The notes below the pieces were generated by a model that saw only the letters and a list, made by a program, of their open reading frames with translations, made no database searches and was not told the DNA's origin. A DNA stretch of 64,000 nucleotides from Octopus bimaculoides (taxonomy: Eukaryota), in NCBI RefSeq assembly GCF_001194135.2, contig NC_068993.1, positions 61,521,896-61,585,895 on the forward strand. The letters run 5' to 3'. Positions 14,896-28,374 of the stretch are shown piece after piece; positions within the stretch are counted from its first letter, which is position 1; every line of letters starts with the position of its first letter. The translations under genes and the position numbers were made by a program.

Positions 14896-15561
14896 ATCCT
14901 TTTGTTATCAGCTGTTGTCCTATAATATTTTCTCATGGCTAGACATGTGTTCAAGGATGACTGGAATCAAATAACCCTGCTTGCACAATGGTGGCAGTTG
15001 CTTACAGCTAACATGTGACATTAAGGTGATGAGACATATTTCTCTACTCTAATTGTTTGGGTTAATGTGTATTCTGTACTACATTTTTCTATTGATAAAT
15101 TATAATTTCCTCTAAAGACACTATCCTTTTTAAGTATCCTCTGTAATGTGTAGTGTTTCTGTATCATTTCAGGATACTGGCTGAAACTTGCAGGAGAAAT
15201 TTATTTACATCAGAAGCATCATCAATATTTATCGTTATTTAGAGACTAAAAATGTTATTCAAAACAACTGTAACAATGTTTTTTTTTTAAATTTGATGAA
15301 TTCTGGTGAAATGTTTATCAGCAACATTAGTGTATGTCACTGTCTGGAATGAGAACAAAATACTTTGCATTTTGTATAGACTTAGATATATTTTTATAGG
15401 ACTTTAGCTTGGATCATAGTTGATGGACATATAGCAGAAGGAATACTTGTTAGAAATAAATTATAGAAAGAGAAACAAGAAACACATTTGAATATTGTGG
15501 TGAGAGAAGGAACATTAATGTCAAATAAATCAAAAGATTGATTTTTTTTTACTATGGTGAG

Positions 15562-16548
15562 ATGGCAAAAAATTTAAGAAAGTCTTCATATGAATGTGAT
15601 ATCTGTAAAAAGTCATTCACTACAAAAGGTCATCTTACTACTCATGTACGTATTCATACAGGAGAGAAACCATATCAGTGTGGTATCTGTGGTAAAGCAT
15701 TCAATCAAAATGGTGAGTTAACTATTCACAAACGTCTTCATACAGGAGAGAAACCATATCATTGTGATATCTGTGGTCAATCATTCACTCGTAAAGATAT
15801 TCTAACTACACACATACGCATTCACACAGGAGAGAAACCATATCAGTGTGACATGTGCTGTAAATCGTTTGCTAAAAGTACTAACTTAACTGATCACAAA
15901 CGCATTCATACTGGAGAAAAACCATATCACTGTGATTTCTGTGGTAAGTCGTTCAATCAAAGTAATCAGCTAATTAAACACAAACGTATTCATACAGGAG
16001 AAAAGCCATATCACTGTGATATCTGTGACAAATCATTCTCTCGAAATGACGAGTTAACTGTACACAAATACATTCATACAGGTGAGAAACCATTCCACTG
16101 TGATTTCTGTGGCAAGTCTTTCCATGAAAATAGTTCATTGACTGGACACAAACGCATTCACACTGGAGAAAAACGATTTCATTGTGATGTTTGTGGAAAA
16201 GGATTCATTCGAAGCATAGATTTAAAGGGACATACACACATTCATACAGGGGAAAAACCCTATCACTGTGATGTATGTGGTAAATCATTCTCTCGAAATG
16301 GTGACTTAACAACACACAAACTCATTCATTCTGGAGAGAAACCACATCATTGTGATATCTGCGGCAAGTCATACCGTCGAAATAATGAGTTAACTATTCA
16401 CAAACGGACTCACACTGGGGAGAAACCATTTCATTGTGCTAGCTGTGGTAAATCATTCTCTTACAATTGTCGGTTAAATAAGCACAAATGTATTGGTATG
16501 GAAGAAAAACTCTATCATCATAATGTTTTTGGTGAATCATTCTCTTAG
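15562..16548 (+). CDS. ZF4: C2H2 zinc-finger protein (11 fingers)
   Basis: [15 protein letters not shown] start at 15562, homologous to paralogs; last finger ends HKCIG; TAG at 16546-16548. Confidence 0.93.
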   Translation: MAKNLRKSSYECDICKKSFTTKGHLTTHVRIHTGEKPYQCGICGKAFNQNGELTIHKRLHTGEKPYHCDICGQSFTRKDILTTHIRIHTGEKPYQCDMCCKSFAKSTNLTDHKRIHTGEKPYHCDFCGKSFNQSNQLIKHKRIHTGEKPYHCDICDKSFSRNDELTVHKYIHTGEKPFHCDFCGKSFHENSSLTGHKRIHTGEKRFHCDVCGKGFIRSIDLKGHTHIHTGEKPYHCDVCGKSFSRNGDLTTHKLIHSGEKPHHCDICGKSYRRNNELTIHKRTHTGEKPFHCASCGKSFSYNCRLNKHKCIGMEEKLYHHNVFGESFS

Positions 16549-16834
16549 CATGGTAATTTAACTATTCACATTTGTACTCTTACATGGGAGAAAACACATC
16601 ACATTGTTATTTGTCGTATTTCACCAGTCACTGCACCCCCCCCCCCCCCACCTTTCCTACTTTTTTGCATTCTTATGAACTCCCTACTCGTGCACCTTGG
16701 GCAATCCTCTACTATCTTACCTTGAAAGTATACTGTGGTACATTGCCACCATCTCTTGCTCATACCCCCTCTCACTCCCTCCAGGGTTCGGACTGCACCA
16801 ATCTTTGTGAATATTCATAACAGTTTGAAATCTA

Positions 16835-16840
16835 AATAAA
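16835..16840 (+). terminator. Candidate poly(A) signal of ZF4
   Basis: AATAAA in the conserved block. Confidence 0.55.
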
Positions 16841-17929
16841 GTTGGTTTTCTCTTATATTCTTCTTCTCTTGTTTTATATTTGGAACATCTAATCAAGTCT
16901 CTGCTATAAATTCTGCACAGAACTTGCTAACTGGATCAATGTATGATGAAAGCTGCACATTTTCTAAACTGATTTTCACCGATTCTTTACTTTAAAGCTA
17001 TTTAATTTATTGACACTATTTGATAGAAGATATGATCTGATGTGAATGAGATGTAAATAATAGGATGATATTGTAGATGAAATGGTGATGTTGGTGGCTT
17101 TGTAGTGGAAATGTGATATAGGTTGATGAGAGCCAAGTTAGAGGCTGTCTAAGGACAAGATAGTTCCCATTTTCAGATAATGTTTAAAATGTGACATCCT
17201 CATTTTACAAGCATTTTAAATACATTTTAAATAGAAACTTACATATGTAATTGCTATTTGTATCAAGAACAAACAACATGATAGTACAAAACCTCTATAC
17301 AAGTAGTTGCAATATTCAGAAGCAGAATAACTGAATTGTTGGAAATCTTATTTGTTGTTTTGGGGAATGCTGTTAGCATTGTGTGAAAAGTAATCTTTGA
17401 AATATTAATGATTTGAATGAACAGCATTTCTCATCTGCTCACAGTGAAAACATCTTTCAGTAAGAATGAGCACATCTTAACAATTACAGCTGTAAACAAA
17501 AAGCTTGGATTTCATTATTTGACCATGTTAGGGTGGAATAAATGTTTTTGAACAGAGTTTAGTTTGGAAAAATATTAAAGCAAGGTTAGACCTTTTCTTT
17601 AGACTTCCTTGTTTCTAGCATTGGAGTTTGCAGAGACTGTAAAGCCATTATAAAAAGTCATTTCAGTTTTAAAGTATTTTAAGAACAAAGGATATAATTT
17701 ACATTTTCAGTAGAGTAAAATTACAAATGTTTGTGGAATGAAGTGGTGGCAAATTGCATGTATTAACCACAACGTATTACTGTTATGTTTGTTAACTCCT
17801 AGTAAATGAAATCTCGGGTTGAACTTGGTAGGAATAAAACAAAATATGGCAATTTATTAAATCCATAGGCCTTTCAATTTGTCATCCTCCTATTTGGTGT
17901 AATCACTTTAATTGTAATATAAAAATATT

Positions 17930-18330
17930 AATAGTGATTTCAAATTTTGGCACAAGGCCAGTAATTTTAGGAGAGGGAGTGAGTTGATTGCATCGACGCC
18001 TGAACTTGATGAGTATTCTATTTTCATAACGCAATGAAAGGCAAAGTTAACCATGGCAGGATTTGAACTCCAAATATAATGTGCAAGAAGAAACAGCATT
18101 AAGCATTTTGTCTCATGTGATTATTCTGTCAGCTCACTTCCTAAATAATAAATATTAGTTTCAAATTTTGGCTCCAGGCCAGCAGCTTTGGAGTTAGGGA
18201 TGAGTTGGCTACATTGCCCCCCTCCCCTCCCCCAGTACTCAACAAGTATTTACTTTATTGACTTCTCTTCCTAACCACCAAAAGGATGAAAGGCAAAGTT
18301 GACCTCCACAGAATTTGATTACCACATTAT
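17930..18330 (-). mobile_element. Two SINE family B copies
   Basis: gaaaggcaaagt(c)gacc...gatttgaactc core (reverse B-box GAGTTCAAATTC); tail ttggcacaaggccag. Confidence 0.7.
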
Positions 18331-18334
18331 TTTA

Positions 18335-18600
18335 GCAATCCCAGCTCTTATAGAGCTAATATTTTTGTATCGTTCATTAATACCAGATCCCATATTCTAC
18401 TCATATCTGCACTCGGTCTACTTAGGAGGTTATTGTGCCCTAGCATATGTGCTGCCTCTTTTCGTTTTCGTATTTTCCAGGGGTGTTCTCTGTCTATTAT
18501 TTTAACTTCATCCCATAGGGGAACGTGGTCTCTGTTTTTCCATACTGACAAGGCAAAAATTACTTTTAATTTCTCTGGGATTGCTAAACTAATGTGGTAA
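18335..18600 (-). mobile_element. Penelope-like element fragment (GIY-YIG endonuclease C-terminal region)
   Basis: Translation ...DHVPLWDEVKIIDREHPWKIRKRKEAAHMLG...LSRP matches the H.P.W..VKI.D.E....RK.KEA pattern of PLE endonuclease tails. Confidence 0.65.
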
Positions 18601-19049
18601 TCAAATACTGACGTCAGCACTTTCGGTTGAGATTCTCCAATCAAAATTGCAGACCTTATGTCTGAATTAGAAACAATTATTTATTAGCCCCATATCAGTC
18701 CTGCTCAGCAGACATGTAATGCAAGATATCTCTACATGACCGTTTAGTCTTTAATGGTATTGTACATTTTGTTAAATATAGTCCTCAATTTCGAGATTGA
18801 GCAATATAATCCAAAGGAAATTAGGCTGCTATTTCTAGCTGGTTATCTGTAGAGGCTTCCATCCGTTATGTAGTTTGGTCTTGAGAAACAATGACTAATT
18901 ATTCTTACAATCATTTTTTCATTTCTTGGTCACACTGCGTTTAATTTTTTTTTTTATTCGTTACATAACAGCTACTTAGAAAAAGAAACGTTATCGAATT
19001 TTATACGAAACAGTGGTTAACAATGAAGCTCAACGTTTGTCCATACATT

Positions 19050-19157
19050 TTTTCATAATTGATTTTTAACGTATTTCTTGGTTCTTTCCAACCACGACCA
19101 TTCCTTGGGAACAACTTTCTGATTGACTCTTATTAGCGAAATATGAAAGAGAAAGAA
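19050..19157 (+). other. Putative non-coding first exon of ZF5 (donor at 19158; acceptor CAG 22447-22449)
   Basis: Paralogous first-exon block ending aagaa|gtaagtattta. Confidence 0.65.
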
Positions 19158-21275
19158 GTAAGTATTTAATGTATTTAAATCTATATAAAATATTTTCGGC
19201 CTTATGGGTTTATAAAAAGGACAACGAAACTGGAACCTTTTTTTTTTAATATCTCAAAGAAGAGAAATTACGATTCTGAAAAGTTTTGTCTTAAAATTTT
19301 AATTTCTTATTTTTACTCCCCTCTCCCTAATTACCATGAAGTACTGCTTATTATTTCGAAACACTTCAATTTTCAATATTTCATTTAATTTTCTATATTT
19401 TCCCTCCACCTCTACATTTCGTGTCCGTTCATAAAGCTACACTTTGTACACCGAATACAATTCCTACCGACTTCTTTTCTCTATTTCGAGCATGGCTATA
19501 TCCTTGATAGGATCAGGGTCTTGTCTTCTTTCCTACTTGCTAATAATGCTTTTAATCTTTGCTAAATTCACTTTGTGGTCTCGATTCTGGGCTTTGTTTC
19601 AATGTCAGGAATTTCTTTTCTAAGTCTACAGATTCTAATTCTATAGGAACTAAGTGATGACGATGCCACTGTCCATGCCAGTTATCTAGTAAGAAGCGCT
19701 CGTATATCGGTGACTAGCTCAAACCTCACTTTCCTAGATATCTTAAGCACATTTTGTAGCGATTGAAACATCTATTATTTAAAAAATTTCACTGTGACCT
19801 TGCCTTCTTTGTTCCCATAGAGTTATCAAAGATGAATATGCTGGTATGGCCGTTTTCTATTCTATAAGCTTTAGTATACTAATGTGGTTTCTATTTCTAT
19901 TACGGTGTTCTTCCAGGCTCGCCCTAATGGCGTAGCGTGAACATCCCATCTTTTCTTTTCTCCATATTTTAAAATATTATCACAGCCCTTGTTTCCTATG
20001 AAACCTATGCCCATATTGTCTTTTTTTTTTTATCTTTACATATTTAAAAGCAGAGGAATGTGATTGCTAATTCTAGCATATCGAACGATCATGATGGGGG
20101 TATATTTGAGTTTCAAGCAGTTGGTTCTTGAATTCTTAGCTAGGAATCGAAACCTTCCCCTAAATGTTTCTGCTATCTTTTTGTTTTTTCTTCTGTCAAA
20201 ATGCAGTTTCTATCTGCTTGACTATATTGAAGGTCAACATTAGTTCCAGTTAGATAACTGACGGAAGATCTTATTTCTCTTGGCTTACTTTAGCTAGGAA
20301 ATTATCATAAAAAGGGAACCAAAACAATTTTTTTTGTTACCTGGCCACTATCTTGGCGCTGGTATTCCCTACTCTTTCTACTACTAGCTGACATACAGGT
20401 AGCATGTTCCTCTCCCTCTCTACACGACAATCTAGATAAAGTGAATTCTCGAACGCTTCCTCTTTTTCTTCCTTTGGCCACATATACAACAAAATGACTG
20501 CTGCAGTCTATCCGAATTACAACAAAACTTCTACTAATCTCTGTTCAACAACTCGAAGCCAGCAGTTTTTTTTTTAATTTTGTGACGGTAAATAAAGGCT
20601 ATTTTAATTGTTATTTATTTCTTGTCAATTATACCAAACACCACCGCATTTATAACAGCATCCGTTACGTTCCTGATCAACTGCACATCGTTGTTACGAC
20701 TGGAGATCACGAATCAAACGCCTTGCTGTTTTTAACCAACATACAAAACCGTTACAAGTTAGTTGAAAAGAAATTAAACCCGGAATAAATTAATGAAAGA
20801 AATCGTCGTCGTGGTTTTAACGTCCACTCTTCCATTCGTGTATCGGTCTGAGTTCGAGGCAGATTTTTCTATGGCCGAATGCCCTTTCCTCTTGCTAATC
20901 TTTCCCCGTTTTCAAGCTAGGTAATATTTCTCTACGGACAGACCTGTTTTTGCAGAATATTGGAAATGAATGGTATTCATTTACACCAATGACACAAAGT
21001 CAAGGGGAGACACACACGATGAGGTTCCTTCAGATTCCATCTATCAAATTCATTCGAATAGAAAAGACTTGGTCAAGATCTCATTCAGTGGATGGAATCC
21101 AAAGACATGTGGTTGCTTCCTAACCACACAACCATGTCTGCACCTACATGTATTCAATAACTGGTGTTTACAAATATTTCTTTCAGAGAATTTTCCCAAG
21201 CAAAATGAGATAGTGATGAAAATGAAAAGTGCTCATTTTATTTCAAGTGGAAATGTGTATATGGTTGTGTGCATT

Positions 21276-22000
21276 CAAAATCTATACTGCTCAGCTATCT
21301 GAGCAAGTAAATGTTCAAACTGTATATTGGAGTACCTCCTCTGCCACATGAATTCAATTAGATATGTAGGGAATAAGTCTGAGGAGGTACCGTAAATATG
21401 ATTGTATCTGCACTTGGCATGAACCCATATTCCTTCCATGTGGTTTGTGTGGACACCTGTGGTTTCAATTACGAATGACATGAAATGGTTTATAGAGAAG
21501 TACAAGAATCCATGACTTGGTAAGTTCTGATATACTGTACATTCATCAATAAATATACATCCTGGGTGGACATGCTGGAGTTTCATTGTTTTGCAAGGGT
21601 GCAGTTGATTGGCTGTATGGATAAGAAACACTTTTAGTGAGTGTTTAATTCATCTCCACCCAATAACCAAGTGCCATTATAGTGCACATCTTGCCTGTAT
21701 TTCCTGTGCATGAACTTAGATTTGCCCGTTGCCAATCAGTAGAATTGCCTATCAAAACCTCAACTAAAACATCTTGGCCAAAATTGACCAGTTAACTGTA
21801 GAGCTTCAGCTTCCAATATGTATCATAGTTCATGCATTGTGACCTTTAACAGAACATTGTTTGACTTCCAATATAATCACTGTAAGATTTTGTCCAATGG
21901 GAGACAATGGTTATAGCAGAATGAATCTTTTCTAATCGATGTTTCCTGCAGTACATTTCCAGGGATAGCCATCTTGCAAGTGTGAACATTTCTCAAATGA
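21276..22000 (-). mobile_element. Merlin (IS1595/ISXO2-like) transposase pseudogene, longer copy, in ZF5 intron 1
   Basis: Across frames: DGYPWKC ... SKFMHRKY...WLLGG...KCFL ... HPGCIFIDEC.VY.NL...GF...[18 protein letters not shown]...YLIEFMWQRR...LLAQIAEQY. Confidence 0.82.
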
Positions 22001-22861
22001 GCTAGATGTCCAAATCTTTCCAATCAACTTTTTATGATGGTTGCACAACAAAATTATGTCTGAACCATGTGGTTGGTTAGTAAGGTACTTGCCACACAGC
22101 CACTCCTGTGCACATATATATATATATANNNNNNNNNNNNNNNNNNNNNNNNNNNNNNNNNNNNNNNNNNNNNNNNNNNNNNNNNNNNNNNNNNNNNNNN
22201 NNNNNNNNNNNNNNNNNNNNNNNNNNNNNNNNNNNNNNNNNNNNNNNNNNNNNNNNNNNNNNNNNNNNNNNNNNNNNNNNNNNNNNNNNNNNNNNNNNNN
22301 NNNACACACACACACACACACATGTAAAAATTTAATGATACACAAGAGTTCAGTTGTTCAGGTAAAGGTTTCCTTCTACAATTTATAATAAATTTCTGCT
22401 TTAGAAACTACTGTTTAAATATATCTTACTCTTTTTCTTATTGTTTCAGGATAGAAGCTGATACTGGCATAAAAGAAAAAAAATTGTATTCATATTAGAA
22501 GCATCCTCGATGTTTACGAGCTTTTGGAAACTGCAGATGTTATACAGAACAAATATGACCATGTTTTTATAAATGTGGCAAAAAGGTTTCCTCTGGTTGA
22601 GAATATTGGCAACCTTTGTGTAAGTCACTATTTAGAATGTGTTTGAGATAATTTTGCATTCTAAATAGACTTAGATATTTTTTTTATAAAAGACTTTGCA
22701 GCATAGATTGCAGTTGATGGAAACATAGCAGAAGGAATGTTTGTTAGAAGTGAATTATAGAAAGGAAAACAACAACACTTATTCACATATTGTGGTGAGA
22801 GAAGAAACCTTGTTAAATGAATTGAAAGATTGATTTTTTTTTTGTTTTTTATTCTTAAGAG

Positions 22862-23929
22862 ATGGCAAAAAAATTAGGGAAATCTTCATATGTGTGTTGT
22901 ATTTGTGAAAAGTCATTCTCTTCAAAAGGTCATCTTACTACACATATACGTACTCATACAGGAGAGAAACCATATCACTGTGATATCTGTGGTAAAACGT
23001 TCTCTCGGAAGGATGAACTGACTACTCACATTCGTATTCATACAGGAGAGAAGCCATATCATTGTGATATCTGTGGTCATTCATTCACTCGTAGAGATAT
23101 TTTAACTACACACATCCGCATTCACACAGGAGAGAAACCATATCAATGTAATATGTGTAGCAAATCATTCTCTAAAAGTACTAATCTAACAGATCACAAA
23201 CGCATCCACACTGGAGAGAAACCATATCAATGTAATTTTTGTGGAAGATCATTTAATCAAAGTAATCAGCTAATTAAACACAAACGTATCCATACAGGAG
23301 AAAAGCCCTATCACTGCGATGTCTGTGGTGAGTCATATCCTCGAAATGATGAGTTAACTGCTCACAAATATATTCATACAGGTGAGAAACCGTATCAGTG
23401 TGATACCTGTGGAAAATCATTCCGTCGAAATGGTGATTTAACTATTCACAAACGCTCTCATACTGGTGAAAAACGATTTTATTGCGATGTTTGTGGTACA
23501 GGATTCAGTCAGAGTAATGATTTAAGGGGGCATATACGTACGCATACTGGGGAGAAACCCTATCGGTGTGATATCTGTGACAAATCATTCACTCGAGGGG
23601 ATGAGTTAACTGTGCACAAAAACCTTCATGCAGGAGAGAAGCCACATCAGTGCGATATCTGTGGGAAATCTTTCAGTCGAAAATATGATGTAACGACACA
23701 CAAATCCATTCATAGTGGAGTGAGACCGCATCAGTGTGACATCTGTGGTAAATCATTTCTTCGCAAGAATCAATTGACGACTCACAAACGTAGTCATACT
23801 GGAGAAAAACCATATCATTGTTATAACTGTGGTCAGTCATTCAGTTACAGTTATCGGTTAACTCAGCACAAATGTATTGGTACAGGAGAAAATGTGTATC
23901 ATGATATTTTTGGTAAATCATTGTCTTGA
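22862..23929 (+). CDS. ZF5: C2H2 zinc-finger protein (12 fingers)
   Basis: 355-aa [18 protein letters not shown]... made of tandem C2H2 repeats; last finger ends HKCIG. Confidence 0.94.
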   Translation: MAKKLGKSSYVCCICEKSFSSKGHLTTHIRTHTGEKPYHCDICGKTFSRKDELTTHIRIHTGEKPYHCDICGHSFTRRDILTTHIRIHTGEKPYQCNMCSKSFSKSTNLTDHKRIHTGEKPYQCNFCGRSFNQSNQLIKHKRIHTGEKPYHCDVCGESYPRNDELTAHKYIHTGEKPYQCDTCGKSFRRNGDLTIHKRSHTGEKRFYCDVCGTGFSQSNDLRGHIRTHTGEKPYRCDICDKSFTRGDELTVHKNLHAGEKPHQCDICGKSFSRKYDVTTHKSIHSGVRPHQCDICGKSFLRKNQLTTHKRSHTGEKPYHCYNCGQSFSYSYRLTQHKCIGTGENVYHDIFGKSLS

Positions 23930-24387
23930 TTTAATTATTCACATTTGTATTCTTACGAGAGAAAATGCATCACTTTATTTGTAGTATTTCATTATACTAT
24001 AATTGGATCCTTGCATGTCTTATACATAACTGAACTGTATGTGTATTTTTCTTGCATTTTAATGCACATCCTTTTATGTTATGTATATTATTGTTTTATT
24101 AATTTTTTGTATGTGTTCCATCTAGTGATTACTTCTATTGTTAGTAATATCTATAATTTTATCTGTGGCATGGTTCCTTCATGGTGAAACTTAATATTAA
24201 TTTGTTGTTGCATTATTAAGCTTTACCTAAATACAAAATGTGTGGAGCAATCTTTGAATTATCAATGTTTTTATGTCCATTTTAAGGAATGTGTTGGTCC
24301 ACATTTTGTCATTTCAAGTGTAAATCTCAAATTTCAGAGTTCTGACTGCACCAATCTTTGTGAATATTTATAATAATTTGAAATGTA

Positions 24388-24393
24388 AATAAA
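24388..24393 (+). terminator. Candidate poly(A) signal of ZF5
   Basis: AATAAA in the conserved block. Confidence 0.55.
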
Positions 24394-25149
24394 ACTGGTT
24401 TACTCTTAAATTATTCTTCTCTTATTTTTTATTTGGAACATCTACCAAATTCTTCTTTTTGATCTCAACTATAAATTATGCATAGAATTCACTGACTTGA
24501 TCAATGTATGATGAAAGTTGCACAATTTCTGAACTGATTTTCATTAACTGTTTATTTCAAACCTATAAATTTGACACTATTTGATGTTATGAGGAAGTGA
24601 ATGAGATGTAAATAACAGGATGATATTGTAGATGGAATGGTGATGTTGGTGGCTTTGTAGTGGAAATGTGATATAGGTTGATGAGAGCCAAGTTAGAGGC
24701 TGTCTAAAGACAAGATATTTTCCATTTTCAGATAATAATTAAAATATGATTTCATCATTTTACATGCATGTGATTGCTATTTGTATCAAGAACAAACAAC
24801 ATAATACAAAAACTGTTTGAGTCATTGCAACGTTCAGAAGCAGAATAAATGACTTGCTGGAAATCTTAGTTTTGTGTAAAAATTATTTTTCCAAACATTG
24901 ATGGACAATAGTTTCTCATCAGCTTAAAAATAAATGAAAACATTTTTCAGGAAGAATGTACACATGCTAATATTTACAGCTGTAAACAAAGGACTTTGAT
25001 TTCATTATTTAACCGTGTTGGGACAAATATCTTTGAACTGAGTTTAGTTTGGATAAATCTTCAAACAAGATTAGTCCTTTTCTTCAGTCTTCCTTATTTC
25101 TAGCAGTGGAGTTGGAGACAATAAAGCCGAGAATAATGGATAGCATTTG

Positions 25150-25778
25150 AATGGATCTGATAGATGGAAACTGAAAGAAGCTTGTCATGTATATATATAT
25201 ACACACACACACACTCGCGTATGTGTCTGTGTGTATCCTGCCCCCACTGCTTGACAACCAGTTTTAATATGTTTATGTCCATGTAACTTAGTGGTTTCAC
25301 AAAAGAGAATAAAAGAATACTAGACTTAAAATAAGTACTGGGGTCAATTCATGCAACTAAAAATCCCTTGGGTTGGTGCCCCAGCATGGCCACAGTCTAA
25401 TGACTGAAGCAAAAGAAATATATATGTATAGGCACAGGAGTGGCTGTGTGGTAAGTAGCTTGCTTACCAACCACATGGTTCTGGGTTCAGTCCCACTGCA
25501 TGGCAACTTGGGCAAGTGTCTTCTGCTTAAGCCTTGGGCTGACCAAAGCCTTGTGAGTGGATTTGGTAGACGGAAACTGAAAGAAGCCTGTTAAATATGT
25601 ATGTATTTGTGTGTCTGTGTTTGTCCCTCCACCATCGCTTGACAACCAATGCTGGTGTGTTTACATCCCCATAACTTAGTGGTTCGGCAAAAGAGACTGA
25701 TAAAATAAATACTGGGCTTACTAAGAATAAGCCCTGGGGTCGATTTGTTCGGCTGAAAGGCAGTGCTCCAGCAAAAGA
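25150..25778 (+). mobile_element. Two tandem SINE family A copies (5'-truncated 25150-25416; near-complete 25431-25778)
   Basis: High similarity to 43346-43780. Confidence 0.85.
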
Positions 25779-25934
25779 ATATATATGATCAGCTTATTTC
25801 CGTTTCCCTCAACTAAAATCCTCTCAAGGCTTTGGTCATTCCAGACCCATAGTAGAGGTCACTTGGCCATAGAAATAATTTAGACATATTTTTATATATG
25901 AACATACTAAAATAATCAACAATTGTAGAAAAGT

Positions 25935-26280
25935 TTGATCGACCCCAGTACGCAACAGGTACTTAATTTATCGACCCCGAAAAGATGAAAAGCAAAGTCG
26001 ACCTTGGCAGAATTTGAACTCAGAACGTAAAGACAGACGAAATACCTATTTCTTTATTGCCCACAAGGGGCTAAACATAGAGGGGACAAACAAGGACAGA
26101 CAAAGCGATTAAGTCGATTACTTCGACCCCAGTGCGTAACTGGTACTTAATTTATCCACTTTGAAAGGATGAAAGGCAAAGTCGACCTTGGCGGAATTTG
26201 AACTCAGAACGTAACGACAGACGAAATACCGCCAAGCATTTCGCCCGGCGCGCTAACGCTTCTGCCAGTTCGCGGCCCTT
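25935..26280 (-). mobile_element. Tandem/nested SINE family B copies
   Basis: Two gaaaggatgaaaggcaaagtcgacc...gaatttgaactcagaacgta cores. Confidence 0.8.
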
Positions 26281-26324
26281 CTGTAGCAGAGTATATCAAG
26301 AATACATTATTGAACATAAACGAA

Positions 26325-26620
26325 GGTGCGTGGCTCAGTGGTTAGGTTATCCGGCTCACGATCGAAAGGTCGTGAGTGCGATAGCCGGTGGCGCGTTGTG
26401 TCCTTGAGCATGATACTTTATTTGACGTTGCTTCTGTTCAATCAGCTGCCAAATATGAGTAATAACTGCATTTCAAAGGGTTACGCTTGTCACACTGAGT
26501 CACGCTGTATCTCCCCGAGAACTGCATCGAAGGTGCGCGTGTTTGTGAAGTGTTCAGCCACTCGCACGTTCATTTCACGCTAGGATCAAATGGAACACTC
26601 GTCGTCGTAACGAAGTGCCA
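26325..26620 (+). mobile_element. SINE with a different tRNA head and the family C tail
   Basis: tggctcagtggttagg head; 3' half aligns with the family C tail. Confidence 0.7.
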
Positions 26621-26889
26621 GTTTGTTGAATACGGTCCTCCAATTCAAGGCTGAAATATATAATCCGAGGGAAATTAGGCTGCTGTTTCTAGCAGGTCAT
26701 CTATACATGTTCCCTTGCTGCTATGTAGTTTTTGAACCCTGGGAAACTTATGAACATTTTCCCATCTGTTGGTCACATTGCATTTCATTTTTTCTTTTAT
26801 TTATTTATTATACAGAACCTACTTAGAAACGAGCCGTTATCGAATTTTGTACGAAACAGTGGTTCACAATGAATCTCTGAGTGTTTCCA

Positions 26890-26994
26890 TATATTCTTTT
26901 AGATTTTTGATTTTAAACATCTTTCTTGATTATTTTCTGGCGAAGAACTTCCAAGTTAATCGACTCTTATCAGCGAAATATAAAATAAAAAGAA
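26890..26994 (+). other. Putative non-coding first exon of ZF6 (donor at 26995; acceptor CAG 28506-28508)
   Basis: Paralogous first-exon block ending aagaa|gtaagtattta. Confidence 0.65.
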
Positions 26995-28331
26995 GTAAGT
27001 ATTTAATGTTTTTAAACCTATATAAAATATTTTTGGACTGATGGGTTTATGAAAAGGCCAACGAAACGGGAACCTGTTTCTTTTTTTTTATTTCTCATAG
27101 AAGAGAAATTACGATTCTGAAAAGTTTTATCGTAAAATTTTAATTTCTTATTTTTGCTCCCTTTCCCCAATCATCATGAAGTATTGCTTGCTATTTCGAA
27201 ACGCTTCAATTTTCAATATTTCATTTCATTTCTTAAATATTTTCCCTCCACCTCTACATTTCGTGTACCCTTAATAGAATTCATACTGACTTCTTTTCTC
27301 TATTTCGAGCATGGCTATATCCCTGATAGGATCAGGGTCTTGTCTTCTTTCCTACTTGCTAAATTCACTTTGTGGTCTCTTATTCTGGGCTTTGTTTCAA
27401 TGTCTGGAAATTCTTTTCTAAGTCTACAGATTCGGCTATAAGAACTAGGTGATAACGATGCTGCTATGGCAGTTATCGGGTATGAAGGACTCGTATACCG
27501 AGAGACTAATCCACACCCCACCTACCCAGACATGTTTAGCTTCTCAGTACATATTAGTTTTTTTAATTTTTTATAGCGATTGAAACATCTATCAATTAAA
27601 AGATTTTGTAGCTATGCTTTTGGTCTTTTAGAGCTTAAACAAACTCCTAGCCTAACCTAAATCGTTCATAGGCTTATAGGTACATCTTTTAATTTGATTT
27701 TCCGTCTTGAACATCAACTATTTGACCATTTCGTGGATAGCCCTTGTTCCTTCTTTGCCATAATCATTGCGTATGACAAGCGATAGTTTTATTGCACCCA
27801 AAGCTTTTATTTTAAAAAACAACAACCATTCAACATGTTGCAGTTTGGTTTTAACTATCTTTATATATANNNNNNNNNNNNNNNNNNNNNNNNNNNNNNN
27901 NNNNNNNNNNNNNNNNNNNNNNNNNNNNNNNNNNNNNNNNNNNNNNNNNNNNNNNNNNNNNNNNNNNNNNNNNNNNNNNNNNNNNNNNNNNNNNNNNNNN
28001 NNNNNNNNNNNNNNNNNNNNNNNNNNNNNNNNNNNNNNNNNNNNNNNNNNNNNNNNNNNNNNNNNNNNNNNNNNNNNNNNNNNNNNNNNNNNNNNNNNNN
28101 NNNNNNNNNNNNNNNNNNNNNNNNNNNNNNNNNNNNNNNNNNNNNNNNNNNNNNNNNNNNNNNNNNNNNNNNNNNNNNNNNNNNNNNNNNNNNNNNNNNN
28201 NNNNNNNNNNNNNNNNNNTTGTACATGTACAATCATGATTTTAATTCAGTATTCATTCCAACTACCTGACAAATGGGAACGTGAAACTCTTGAGTAACAG
28301 TTCTGTGATAATTTTGCAGCTTTAATAAAAA

Positions 28332-28374
<43 letters not shown>

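Noticed and set aside
16546-16548. ZF4 TAG stop as a possible editing-recoded site
   Set aside because: The downstream finger has already lost both cysteines (HHNVFG), so readthrough would not restore a finger.
19500-20560. Coding-like minus-strand segment in the ZF5/ZF6 first introns (ORF 27315-27521)
   Set aside because: Multiple stops and no recognisable domain; probably an old TE relic that cannot be classified by eye.
21275-21631. IS1595-like ORF as bacterial contamination or horizontal transfer
   Set aside because: It is embedded in a eukaryotic intron among host SINEs and is decayed; best explained as a eukaryotic Merlin transposon.
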